In this document: piece after piece, positions 17,636 to 25,449 of the stretch
Layout: the number at the start of each line of letters is the position of its first letter
Position numbering within the stretch: position 1 is the first letter of the stretch
DNA from: Phycisphaera mikurensis NBRC 102666
GTDB taxonomy: Bacteria > Planctomycetota > Phycisphaerae > Phycisphaerales > Phycisphaeraceae
NCBI RefSeq assembly: GCF_000284115.1
Contig: NC_017080.1
Coordinates: forward strand, 570,001 to 602,000
DNA length: 32,000 nt
Reading direction: 5' to 3'
Position numbers and translations under genes: made by a program
Notes under the pieces: generated by a model
What the model was told of the DNA's origin: nothing
What the model saw: only the letters and a program-made list of their open reading frames with translations
Database searches by the model: none

Positions 17636-18622
17636 GTGATACTCGCTGACATCCAGCAGGATCCAGAGGGCCTTGCATACTTCCAGACGGTCAGCGATTG
17701 CGTGTTGGAGCCATGCAACGGCTGTGATCTTCGTTCAGTCTTCACTTGGGCGATGACGCTCAAGCCGATGGACGAGGTGCCTATCACGCAGGTTGCCGGG
17801 TCTGGAAAGAACATCCCGCGGAACAAGGTGGCGCCGTACCGGCGCGGGAAAGGTCAGCTGCCGACGGAATCGGATCATGAATTCCAGGGCGTCAGCGCGG
17901 CGCATCAGCTTCGCACTTCCGGTTATCAGCAAACGGATGCCGGGTTCTACCTCTCGCTCGATCGCGTCGATAAGTTCGGCTACGCTTGGCCAGATGGAGC
18001 GTATCTCCGCCTCAAGCTGCTGATCGACTGCGAGGAATACGCAATCCCTTTCGTCGAACATGTCGCAGAGTTCCTGCACGGCCCGTTCTCCGGTCAGATC
18101 CGACGGGGCAGTGTCTTTCGCATGTCGCGGTTTGCTGGACCCACCGGTTACCTGATCGGGGTCGGAACGGGCTTCGTGCCGAGTTCCACGCGTCCTCGGC
18201 ACAACGATCGGTTGCTTGAGGGTTACTTCAACAACCGAAGCGGCGGCGTCTCAAATCATGCTCCGCACCAGGTCATCCGCGAGGTCTACCCCGTCAACCT
18301 TTTGCCCAACGAGGTGCTGACGATGCCCTGGGGCAAGACGGCCCGGACGCTGGGCGAGGCACTGAAGGAACACCCCGGGACGGCCCGCTTCGAGCGGTAC
18401 AACGACCACTGCTGGCGCTGGGAGCCGCACTGGGAGGCGATCGAGACGCTGCGGGTCGACCTGTTCCGGGCCGGCCGGCTGTGGTACCAGAAGATGGACG
18501 CGTGGCAGCAGCCGGACTGGCACCGCCCCGACTGGTCGGCGCCGTACGAGTACACCGGCGAGCTGCCGGACTTCGTGAAGCCCGGCTGGTCGGACTTCTG
18601 GGCCCACGGGTACACGCCGTGA
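17636..18622 (+). CDS. Hypothetical protein, candidate partner/immunity gene 2
   Basis: GTG 17636 preceded by GGAGG; MILADIQQDPEGLAYFQTVSDCVLEPCNGCDLRS...GWSDFWAHGYTP; no recognised domain. Confidence 0.6.
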   Translation: MILADIQQDPEGLAYFQTVSDCVLEPCNGCDLRSVFTWAMTLKPMDEVPITQVAGSGKNIPRNKVAPYRRGKGQLPTESDHEFQGVSAAHQLRTSGYQQTDAGFYLSLDRVDKFGYAWPDGAYLRLKLLIDCEEYAIPFVEHVAEFLHGPFSGQIRRGSVFRMSRFAGPTGYLIGVGTGFVPSSTRPRHNDRLLEGYFNNRSGGVSNHAPHQVIREVYPVNLLPNEVLTMPWGKTARTLGEALKEHPGTARFERYNDHCWRWEPHWEAIETLRVDLFRAGRLWYQKMDAWQQPDWHRPDWSAPYEYTGELPDFVKPGWSDFWAHGYTP

Positions 18623-18800
18623 GAAGCACAACAGATCCACCATGCGACCGTTGGCTGCGCCCGCTGCGGGCGATGCTCCCAGCGACCAGGAACCTCGCGG
18701 AATGGGCCCCGGCAGCGCCAGGCCCCGGCAGCGCGGGCAGCGGTATCCAGGCCCCGGCAGCCCCCGGCAGCCCCGGCAGCCCCCGTGAATGGGCTTTGCC

Positions 18801-18887
18801 GGGGCCTGGCCACCGCGGTTCGGGGCCTGGCCACCGCGGTTCCGGGGCCTGGCCACCGCGGTTCCCGGGGCCTGGCCACCGCGGTTC
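18801..18887 (+). repeat. Four tandem units of GGGGCCTGGCCACCGCGGTTC (starts 18801, 18822, 18844, 18867)
   Basis: Read directly; preceded at 18700-18765 by inverted-sense CCAGGCCCCGGCAG copies. Confidence 0.85.
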
Positions 18888-18950
18888 CACTTGCAAGATA
18901 CCCACTGCCTCGACCGCCACAACCCCGCCCTCACCGGCCTCACCGGCCTC

Positions 18951-20114
18951 ATGGACCTGCTGACCCAGCACGGCACCGACGCCATGGCCCAGGCCTTCGC
19001 CGCCACACTCAACATCGCCATGCGGCTCGAGCGTGAGCAACACCTCGGTGCCGCCGAGCACGAACGGTCGGCGGATCGCACCGGCTACGCCAACGGCTTC
19101 TCACCCAAGCAGCTGGACACGCCTGCCGGACGCGTCACCGTCGCCGTGCCCAAGACCCGACCGGTCCCCGGCCGCGGCGGGAGCTTCGAGCCCTTCTTCC
19201 CGCAAGCTCTGCAACGTGGCAGCCGCGCCTGCCGGGCCGTCAACGCCACGCTGGCCCAGATGTACGTCCAGGGCGTCTCCACCCGCGACGTCAAAGCCGT
19301 CATGGCCGAACTGGGCCTCGAGAACGTGACCTCCGCCCAGGTCAGCCGGGCCACCGCGGAACTGGACGAAGAGCTTCGTGCCTGGCGAGAGCGGCCCTTG
19401 GGCACCGTCGAGCGGCTGATCCTCGACGCCCGCTACGAGAAGGTCCGCGAAGGCGGAATCGTCCGCGACGTGGCCGTGCTCACCGCCGTGGGCGTCCTGC
19501 CCAACGGCTCCCGCTCGGTGCTGGGCGTCTCGGTGGCCCTCTCCGAGGCGGAGGTTCACTGGCGAGCGTTCCTCGACTCGCTGGTGGCTCGCGGCATGCG
19601 GGGCGTGGAGCTTGTCACCAGCGACGACCACGCCGGGCTGGCCGAAGCCCGGAAGGCCGTGCTGCCAGCGGTGCCGTGGCAGCGGTGCCAGTTCCATCTG
19701 GCCAACAACGCGATCCACCACGCACCCACGGCCGCCACACGCGAGAAGATCGGCAAGCAGCTCGGCCAAGTCTGGAACGCGCCCGCTCGGGCCGAGGCCG
19801 ACCGCCGGCTTGCCGACCTGATCGACGAGCACGAGCCAAAGAGCCCGCGGCTGGCGAAGTGGCTCGGCAAGAACGTGCCCGAAGGCCTCACCGTCTTCGC
19901 CTTCCCGCCGGCGCAGCGGAAGAAGCTTCGGACCTCCAACGGCATCGAGCGGCCGATCCAGCAGGAGCTCAAGCGTCGGACCCGCAAGATCCGCGTGTTC
20001 CCCAACGCCGAGTCGTTGCTTCGGCTGTGCTCGGCCTTGCTGGTCGAGATCGACGACGATTGGCAGGCCTCCACCCGCCGCTACCTGCCCGCTTCCGAGG
20101 AGGTGGCCCGCTGA
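18951..20114 (+). CDS. IS256 (Mutator) family transposase
   Basis: VSTRDVKAVMAELGLENVTSAQVSR, LILDARYEKVREGG, TSDDHAGLAEARKAVLPAVPWQRCQFHL, TSNGIERPIQQELKRRTRKIRVFPN. Confidence 0.92.
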   Translation: MDLLTQHGTDAMAQAFAATLNIAMRLEREQHLGAAEHERSADRTGYANGFSPKQLDTPAGRVTVAVPKTRPVPGRGGSFEPFFPQALQRGSRACRAVNATLAQMYVQGVSTRDVKAVMAELGLENVTSAQVSRATAELDEELRAWRERPLGTVERLILDARYEKVREGGIVRDVAVLTAVGVLPNGSRSVLGVSVALSEAEVHWRAFLDSLVARGMRGVELVTSDDHAGLAEARKAVLPAVPWQRCQFHLANNAIHHAPTAATREKIGKQLGQVWNAPARAEADRRLADLIDEHEPKSPRLAKWLGKNVPEGLTVFAFPPAQRKKLRTSNGIERPIQQELKRRTRKIRVFPNAESLLRLCSALLVEIDDDWQASTRRYLPASEEVAR

Positions 20115-20254
20115 TCAAGCAGGAGCGGACTTACACGGCTGAAGTTGCACAATCCGTCCGCGTGGTGACGCGGAGTGGATGGAGACTGTGATCCCCCAGT
20201 TCGGCTTGGAGTCGACGCTACGGCCCAGGGATGGCCTCGGAAGAAAGGTTGATC

Positions 20255-20293
20255 GGTGGCTGTCACCTTTCCCGGCCCTGTCACCTTTCCCGG
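20255..20293 (-). repeat. Right-end repeats: GGTGGCTGTCACCTTTCCC and CCTGTCACCTTTCCCGG
   Basis: 20255-20273 and 20277-20293, inverted relative to 12248-12348. Confidence 0.7.
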
Positions 20294-20346
20294 CCCCGGT
20301 GCAAGCTTGAGACACGGAGGGAGGGATCGTCTCCCGGGCCGGCTGA

Positions 20347-21027
20347 TCATCCCGATCGGTCCTCGCCGTCTGCGGACGCGGACGCCGAGATCTCCTTCTC
20401 CGTCACCCCGAGCCACTCGAGCATGTGCTGCTCGTACACGTCCTGGTGCTCGGGGTTGGAGAAGTCCAGCCGCAGCTCGTTGATCACCTTGGTGCCCTGG
20501 CCGATCCACTGGGTCCAGGTGACCTGCCCGAAGTTCTCCACGATGTACTCGCCGATCGGGCCCCGCATGGGCGGGCCGTCGAGCCGGGGCTGGGGCTGGC
20601 CCGTCCGCTTGTCGAGCACCTGCGTCCCGCCGCTCTCCGCCTGCAGCGCGGCGGCCTTCTCCGCCGCGGACTCGACCTCGGGGATCGGCGCCCCCAGCCG
20701 CTTTAGCCGCTCTCCCATCGCGCGCATCGGCATCACGTCGCCGCGGCCGGCCGCGATGGCGTAGCCGCGGGTGAGGGTGTCGGTCGCCTCGGCCTCCTGC
20801 CCGAGCTTGAGCTGCGCCTCGCCGAGGTGCTGCAACGCCCGGGACATGTCCGGGTTGTGCACGAGGGCTTCCTTGTACGCGTCCGCCGCCTCCGCGTGCC
20901 GGCCCACCGCGCGGTAGGCCTCACCCAGCGAGAAGAAGGCCATGTCGTCGGGCGCCTCCTCCGCCATGCGCTGCCACTGGGCGATGCGGGCTTCGGCGGC
21001 TTCGTCGGCGGTCGCTTCGGTGCTCAT
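20347..21027 (-). CDS. TPR protein fused to a YggX-like (Fe2+-trafficking) C-terminal domain
   Basis: TPR: AFFSLGEAYRAVGRHAEAADAYKEALVHNPD; C-term GPIGEYIVENFGQVTWTQWIGQGTKVINELRLDFSNPEHQDVYEQHMLEWL resembles the YggX GELG..I...W..W...QT.LINE.RL pattern. Confidence 0.7.
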   Translation of the reverse strand: MSTEATADEAAEARIAQWQRMAEEAPDDMAFFSLGEAYRAVGRHAEAADAYKEALVHNPDMSRALQHLGEAQLKLGQEAEATDTLTRGYAIAAGRGDVMPMRAMGERLKRLGAPIPEVESAAEKAAALQAESGGTQVLDKRTGQPQPRLDGPPMRGPIGEYIVENFGQVTWTQWIGQGTKVINELRLDFSNPEHQDVYEQHMLEWLGVTEKEISASASADGEDRSG

Positions 21028-21054
21028 GCGGCGAGCGTACGCGCGGCGGGGGCC

Positions 21055-21651
21055 TCAACCGAAGCGGAAGGTCGGCGGGTCGCCCGGTCCGCAGCGGCCC
21101 CCCTCGATGAGCAGCGCGAGGTACCCGCGCGGCTCGCGCGGCGCGTCGCGGAGGCCCAGGCGGGCCAGCGTGGCCTCCACCGCGTCCGGGTCGGGCCCCT
21201 CGACCTCGACGAAGAAGCCCAGGCCCGGCAGCTCGTCGATCTCGACAACGCAGCCGCCGAGGCGGTGCCGGTCGCGGCGCTTCTCGAAGCGGAAGCGGGG
21301 GGCGTAGCCCAGGGCGGCAAGGAAGGCGGCGGCGCCGTCGGCGTCGGCAACCACGATCTCGTGCTCGGGGCGGCGCTTCAGGCCGTCGGCGGCGCCGCCG
21401 GCGCCGGGGAGGCGGGGCCCCTTGTGGCAGAGCACGTGGCGCGGGGGGCCGGCGTGGGGGCTCCCGGCGCGTGGGGTCTCGGTCCGCAGGCGGAGGGCGC
21501 GGTCGGCGCCGCGGAGGCGGTCGCCGGGGAGGTCGAAGAAGCGGTTGTCCTCGGTGAAGGCGGCGGCGAGCGGCGCGTCGAGCGCCGCCAGCCGCCGGCG
21601 GAGGCCTTCGGGATCGGCGAGCGGGAGCTTGGCTTCGGTCTCGATCGGCAT
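21055..21651 (-). CDS. CYTH domain protein (CyaB/triphosphatase-like)
   Basis: MPIETEAKLPL...EDNRFFDLP...ALRLRTE...RPEHEI...FEKRRDRHRLGGCVVEIDELPGLGFFVEVEG. Confidence 0.85.
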   Translation of the reverse strand: MPIETEAKLPLADPEGLRRRLAALDAPLAAAFTEDNRFFDLPGDRLRGADRALRLRTETPRAGSPHAGPPRHVLCHKGPRLPGAGGAADGLKRRPEHEIVVADADGAAAFLAALGYAPRFRFEKRRDRHRLGGCVVEIDELPGLGFFVEVEGPDPDAVEATLARLGLRDAPREPRGYLALLIEGGRCGPGDPPTFRFG

Positions 21652-21657
21652 GGCGGG

Positions 21658-22233
21658 TCAGCGTGCCGGCGGCTCGGGAAGCCTGGCGGACGGGCGTGGG
21701 TCGCGGGCGCGCGTGCGGCGGTCCGGCGGCGGGGCGGCCGGGGGCGCCGGCGCGTCGGGGGCTGGCGGGTCGGGGCGGCCCTCGGCGAAGAGCTCGCGCT
21801 GCAGCCGCGACACGCCGCGGAGCACGCGGCGGCGGCGGCCGACCGGCCGGCCCGCGGCGTACTGCCGGCCGTGGTGGTAGAGCGTCCCGGAGGCGGCGAG
21901 CAGCGGCAGCGGGTTGGCCAGGCCCGTGCCCCGCGCCACGCGGTACAGCAAGAGCCGGCCGGGCCAGCCCACCCCGCGGGCGTGGCAGATGGACCGGAAC
22001 ACCGACCACCAGGCGTCGGGCGCGGCCGCGGAGGCGCTGCCGCCCGGCGCTCGGAGGCCGGCGCGGCGGGCGAGGGAACGCAGGGCGACGATCGCCAGCA
22101 CGAGCCCGGCGGCGATCAGCAGCGGCGCCAGCGGCACCGAGCGGGTTGCGGTGGCCGCGCGGCCGACGTCCTCGAGGCCGCCGGGCGTCTGGAGCAGGCG
22201 GGCCGCGAGGATGAGGGGCACCGAGCCGTTCAC
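21658..22233 (-). CDS. Conserved-looking membrane-associated hypothetical protein
   Basis: GTG at 22231-22233 overlaps the upstream TGA; VPLAPLLIAAGLVLAIVALRSL TM; WWSVFRSICHARGVGWPGRLLLYRVARGTGLANPLPLL. Confidence 0.6.
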   Translation of the reverse strand: MNGSVPLILAARLLQTPGGLEDVGRAATATRSVPLAPLLIAAGLVLAIVALRSLARRAGLRAPGGSASAAAPDAWWSVFRSICHARGVGWPGRLLLYRVARGTGLANPLPLLAASGTLYHHGRQYAAGRPVGRRRRVLRGVSRLQRELFAEGRPDPPAPDAPAPPAAPPPDRRTRARDPRPSARLPEPPAR

Positions 22234-23777
22234 GAGGCGAGCGCTCCGGGCATGCGCGGGAGGCGGAGCGCCGGCGGCGGGTCGCCCGCGTCGGGCAGCC
22301 GCGCCTCCAGGGCGGCCCAGGCCTCGTCCGCGGCCTCCACCCGGCCAAGCGGCGGGGCGGACCCCGCCGGCGTCCGCATCGCGGCCGCAAGCGCCACCAG
22401 CGCCCGGCGCCGGGCCGGCGTCGCGTCCGCGGCGGGGGCCAGGCGCGCCCGCAGGGCTCGCTCCCCCCCGGGCCGGGCCCGGCAGTCGGCCAGCGCTCGC
22501 GCGCGGGCCGGGCCGTCGAGTCGGTCCAGCTCCGCGAGGAGCCGCTGGGCGGCTTCCGCGGCCTCGGCGTCCTCCGCGGCGGCCCGAACCGCGGGATCGG
22601 CGGCGGCGTGCAGCGCCGCGAGGTGGGGGCCGCGGCGGGCCTCGGGCGCGGCGGCCACCACGCGCGCCGCCAGCCGCGCCTCGGGTGTCGCGGCGCTCGC
22701 GGCCAGCGCCGCGGCGGCGGCGAGCAGCGCCGGATCGCCGGCTTCGGCGAGGTCCCGCACCACCAGCTTCAGCGCGGCGGCGCGGACCGCGGGCTCGGGA
22801 TCGGCCAGCGCCAGCGCCACCCACCGCGACCGCGTCGCGGGGGGCAGCGGCAGTGCGGCGACGAGATCCACGAGGCAGCGCCGCTCCGTCGGCGAGGCTT
22901 CGGCCGGCCAGGCCCGCGGGCACAGCGAGCCGGGTTCGGCGGCCGCCGCGAGCGCGGCGGCGACGGCGGGCTCGGAGAGCAGGGCGGGCTGGGGGAAGAC
23001 GCCGCGCAGCGGCCGCTCGCGGGCGGCGCGGGCCAGCCCCGCGAGCGCCGCGGACCGCAGCGGCTCCACCGCCAGCAGAGGCAGCAGAGCCCCGCGCTCC
23101 GCCGCGCCGCCGGCCGCGGCGACCCGCCGGCGCAGGGGCGGCAGCGCCCCGTGCGAGGGCTCGGCAAAGGCGGCCTCGCAGAGCGGCGACGGCTCGCCCG
23201 CGAGCAGGAGGAAGGCCGTGAGCAGGCCTCCGTGCCCCTCAACCGGGCCGCCGGCGCCGCGGGGAGCGGGTCGGCCCCAGGCGGCGACGGCGGGGTCGAC
23301 GGCCGCCGCGAGCGTGGCCGCCTCGGTGGAGCCCGGGGCGGCGTCGCCCGCAAGGCTCACCAGCACGGCGGCGGCCTCGTCGGCGAGGTCGGGCCGCGGC
23401 AGGCTCGTCGCGTCCACCACGAGGTAGGCCAAGTGGCAGAGCCGCCGCTCCGCGATCAGCCGCAGCGCATTCCGGGTGGCGTCGGTTCCGGCGCCGAAGG
23501 CCCGGCGCACCGCCGCGTCGAGGGCGTGGTCGGGCACGGCGTAGACCCGCTCCGCCGCCCGCGGCCCCAGCCGGTGCAGGTGCCGGACCAGCGCGAGGCG
23601 GCCCCCGCCCTCCCCACGCCGGAGCAGCGCCGCGACCATCGCCTCGTGCTCCCGCGTGGCCGCGGTGGGCAACGCCGCCGCGAGCGCCGCCGACGCCGCC
23701 GGGCCGGGCGTCGCGGCGAGCAACGCGGCCGCCGTCGGGCGTTCGGCGGGGTCGGCGGCGGGGGTCCGGGGGCGCAT
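22230..23777 (-). CDS. Ala-rich HEAT-repeat-like hypothetical protein
   Basis: 515-aa ORF; helical repeats such as LALADPEPAVRAAALKLVVRDLAEAGDPALLAAAAAL. Confidence 0.65.
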   Translation of the reverse strand: MRPRTPAADPAERPTAAALLAATPGPAASAALAAALPTAATREHEAMVAALLRRGEGGGRLALVRHLHRLGPRAAERVYAVPDHALDAAVRRAFGAGTDATRNALRLIAERRLCHLAYLVVDATSLPRPDLADEAAAVLVSLAGDAAPGSTEAATLAAAVDPAVAAWGRPAPRGAGGPVEGHGGLLTAFLLLAGEPSPLCEAAFAEPSHGALPPLRRRVAAAGGAAERGALLPLLAVEPLRSAALAGLARAARERPLRGVFPQPALLSEPAVAAALAAAAEPGSLCPRAWPAEASPTERRCLVDLVAALPLPPATRSRWVALALADPEPAVRAAALKLVVRDLAEAGDPALLAAAAALAASAATPEARLAARVVAAAPEARRGPHLAALHAAADPAVRAAAEDAEAAEAAQRLLAELDRLDGPARARALADCRARPGGERALRARLAPAADATPARRRALVALAAAMRTPAGSAPPLGRVEAADEAWAALEARLPDAGDPPPALRLPRMPGALAS

Positions 23778-24146
23778 GGGGCTCGGCGGCTATCGGCCCA
23801 ATCCGGGCGTCTGCTCGATCGGCGGGCCTCTGCTCCACGCCGCGGCGGCTCCCAACGCCGCGTTTGGGGGGGTTCCATTCGTCGGAAACTTGCACTAAAC
23901 TCCGTCGCATCCCGCGAGGGTGAACCGGGGTCCCGAGCCCGCCGTACCGGCGGCGGGGACGCCCCCGAGCCCCTTGCTCCCCGCTCCTCGCCCCGTCCGT
24001 CGAGTCCGCCCCCGCGCTTCCCGGGCCACGGTCGCCACTTTCGTCGCCCGCCGCCCCGCCGGGCCCGCCGCGCTCCGCCCCCGCCTCCCGCCCGACGGGC
24101 GGCGGAATCCCCCCCACCCCCCAGCCGCCGCGTCGCGGCCTCCGCC

Positions 24147-24692
24147 ATGAGCACCTCCAGCAAAACCGCCTCCGCCCCGCTGTTGCGGATGATGATCTAC
24201 AGCCGCCCGCTCCACCCCGAGCTCTTCCGGATCGAGGGGCGCCGTTCGGTGCAGCACGGCGGCTTCAAGGCAGAGCTGTGGCTGACCGCCGGCGGCCACG
24301 TCGCCCGCTTCCAAGCGCTGGGCCGGCAGCTGGCCGAGGTCGTCATCGACGGGGGCGAGGGTTTGCCCGAGAGCGGCCTGGTCCACGCCCTGCCGGCGAT
24401 CGGGGAGAAGGACTACGAGATGCCCGCGAGCGAGCCGCTGGGGTTCGTCACGACCGTGCAGACCGAGACGCTCAGCGACAACCTCTACCAGGGGACGCTC
24501 CGCGAGATGACCGACTTCGCCCGCGAGGTCGGTGCGCTCTCCTACGCCTACACCGACGCGGCGGGGCGGGACTCGCTTTCGCTGATCGATTGCCAGAAGT
24601 ACAAGCGGGAGCTGCACCTCCAGGCGTACCACCTGCTCGGCGGCTCCGGCGTGGTGCTGCGGACGCAGTCCATCTTCGAGATGCACGCCTGA
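24147..24692 (+). CDS. Conserved hypothetical protein, DUF2617-like (tentative)
   Basis: MSTSSKTASAPLLRMMIYSRPLHPELFRIEGRR...TVQTETLSDNLYQGTLREMTDFAREV...; lower Ala/Arg bias than shadow ORFs. Confidence 0.65.
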   Translation: MSTSSKTASAPLLRMMIYSRPLHPELFRIEGRRSVQHGGFKAELWLTAGGHVARFQALGRQLAEVVIDGGEGLPESGLVHALPAIGEKDYEMPASEPLGFVTTVQTETLSDNLYQGTLREMTDFAREVGALSYAYTDAAGRDSLSLIDCQKYKRELHLQAYHLLGGSGVVLRTQSIFEMHA

Positions 24693-24722
24693 AGCGGGCG
24701 TGCGGGCCGGGGAGCCGGGTTC

Positions 24723-24768
24723 CCGCGGACCGTCGACGTTTTCGGACGCTCGGGCTCGCGGTCCGCGG
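24723..24768. repeat. 46-bp palindromic element, copy 3
   Basis: CCGCGGACCG - 26 nt - CGGTCCGCGG; stem extends to 11 bp; intergenic. Confidence 0.75.
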
Positions 24769-24800
24769 GTGCCCGGCGGCCGCGAGCCGATGGGGCGTGC

Positions 24801-25373
24801 GTGAACCCCGCAGCCGCATCCCGCGTCCGACCGCGCCGCGGCGTCGCCTGCGGGCTGGCGTTGCTGCTGGCCACGCTGCCGGGCTGTGAGGCCGTCAACG
24901 GCTTCTACTTCGGCCTGGAAGAGGACGTCGACGCGTTCGTCGGCGGGCTCGACGCCGCGGGCGAGCGCTTCCTCCCCCACGGGCCACGCCCGCCGCGGGA
25001 GGCCCGCCGGGCGGACCGCACGCGTGTCCGCTTCGAGCCCCAGCCGGACGCGGAGGGCAGCACCCGGCCGGCCGCGGGCGAGCGGGACCTGCGCCCGGGG
25101 CCGGGTTCCCGCGGCCTCGCCCGCGGCGTCTCCCGCGCGCCGGGGGCCGCTCCCGCCGCCGCCACCGCCGGTGGAACGCCGACCGCGGCGGAGGAGGACG
25201 TGCGGACGCCTCCGGCGCAACGCGTGCGGCCGCCGGCGGGCCGCCCGTCCGCTCCGCCCGCCGCCCCCGCGGAGGTGGCCTGGCCCCCGCGGCCGGACCA
25301 CGACCCGCCCCGGCACTTCCAGCTCGTGAACGACCCGCCGCCGGCCGCGTGGCGGCACGCCGCCGCGCCCTGA
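24801..25373 (+). CDS. Putative lipoprotein, Pro/Arg-rich low-complexity
   Basis: MNPAAASRVRPRRGVACGLALLLATLPGCEAVNGFYFG; signal with LPGC lipobox. Confidence 0.6.
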   Translation: MNPAAASRVRPRRGVACGLALLLATLPGCEAVNGFYFGLEEDVDAFVGGLDAAGERFLPHGPRPPREARRADRTRVRFEPQPDAEGSTRPAAGERDLRPGPGSRGLARGVSRAPGAAPAAATAGGTPTAAEEDVRTPPAQRVRPPAGRPSAPPAAPAEVAWPPRPDHDPPRHFQLVNDPPPAAWRHAAAP

Positions 25374-25449
25374 CCGGGGGCGGGCGGCCGCCGCTTGGGA
25401 TCCAAGGCCCGGCACCGGGGTGCTCGCTGCAACCGCCCGCCCGCGGGCG

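Noticed and set aside
23049-23058. Extra CCGCGGACCG half-site
   Set aside because: No CGGTCCGCGG partner at the 26-nt spacing, so not counted as a copy of the 46-bp element.
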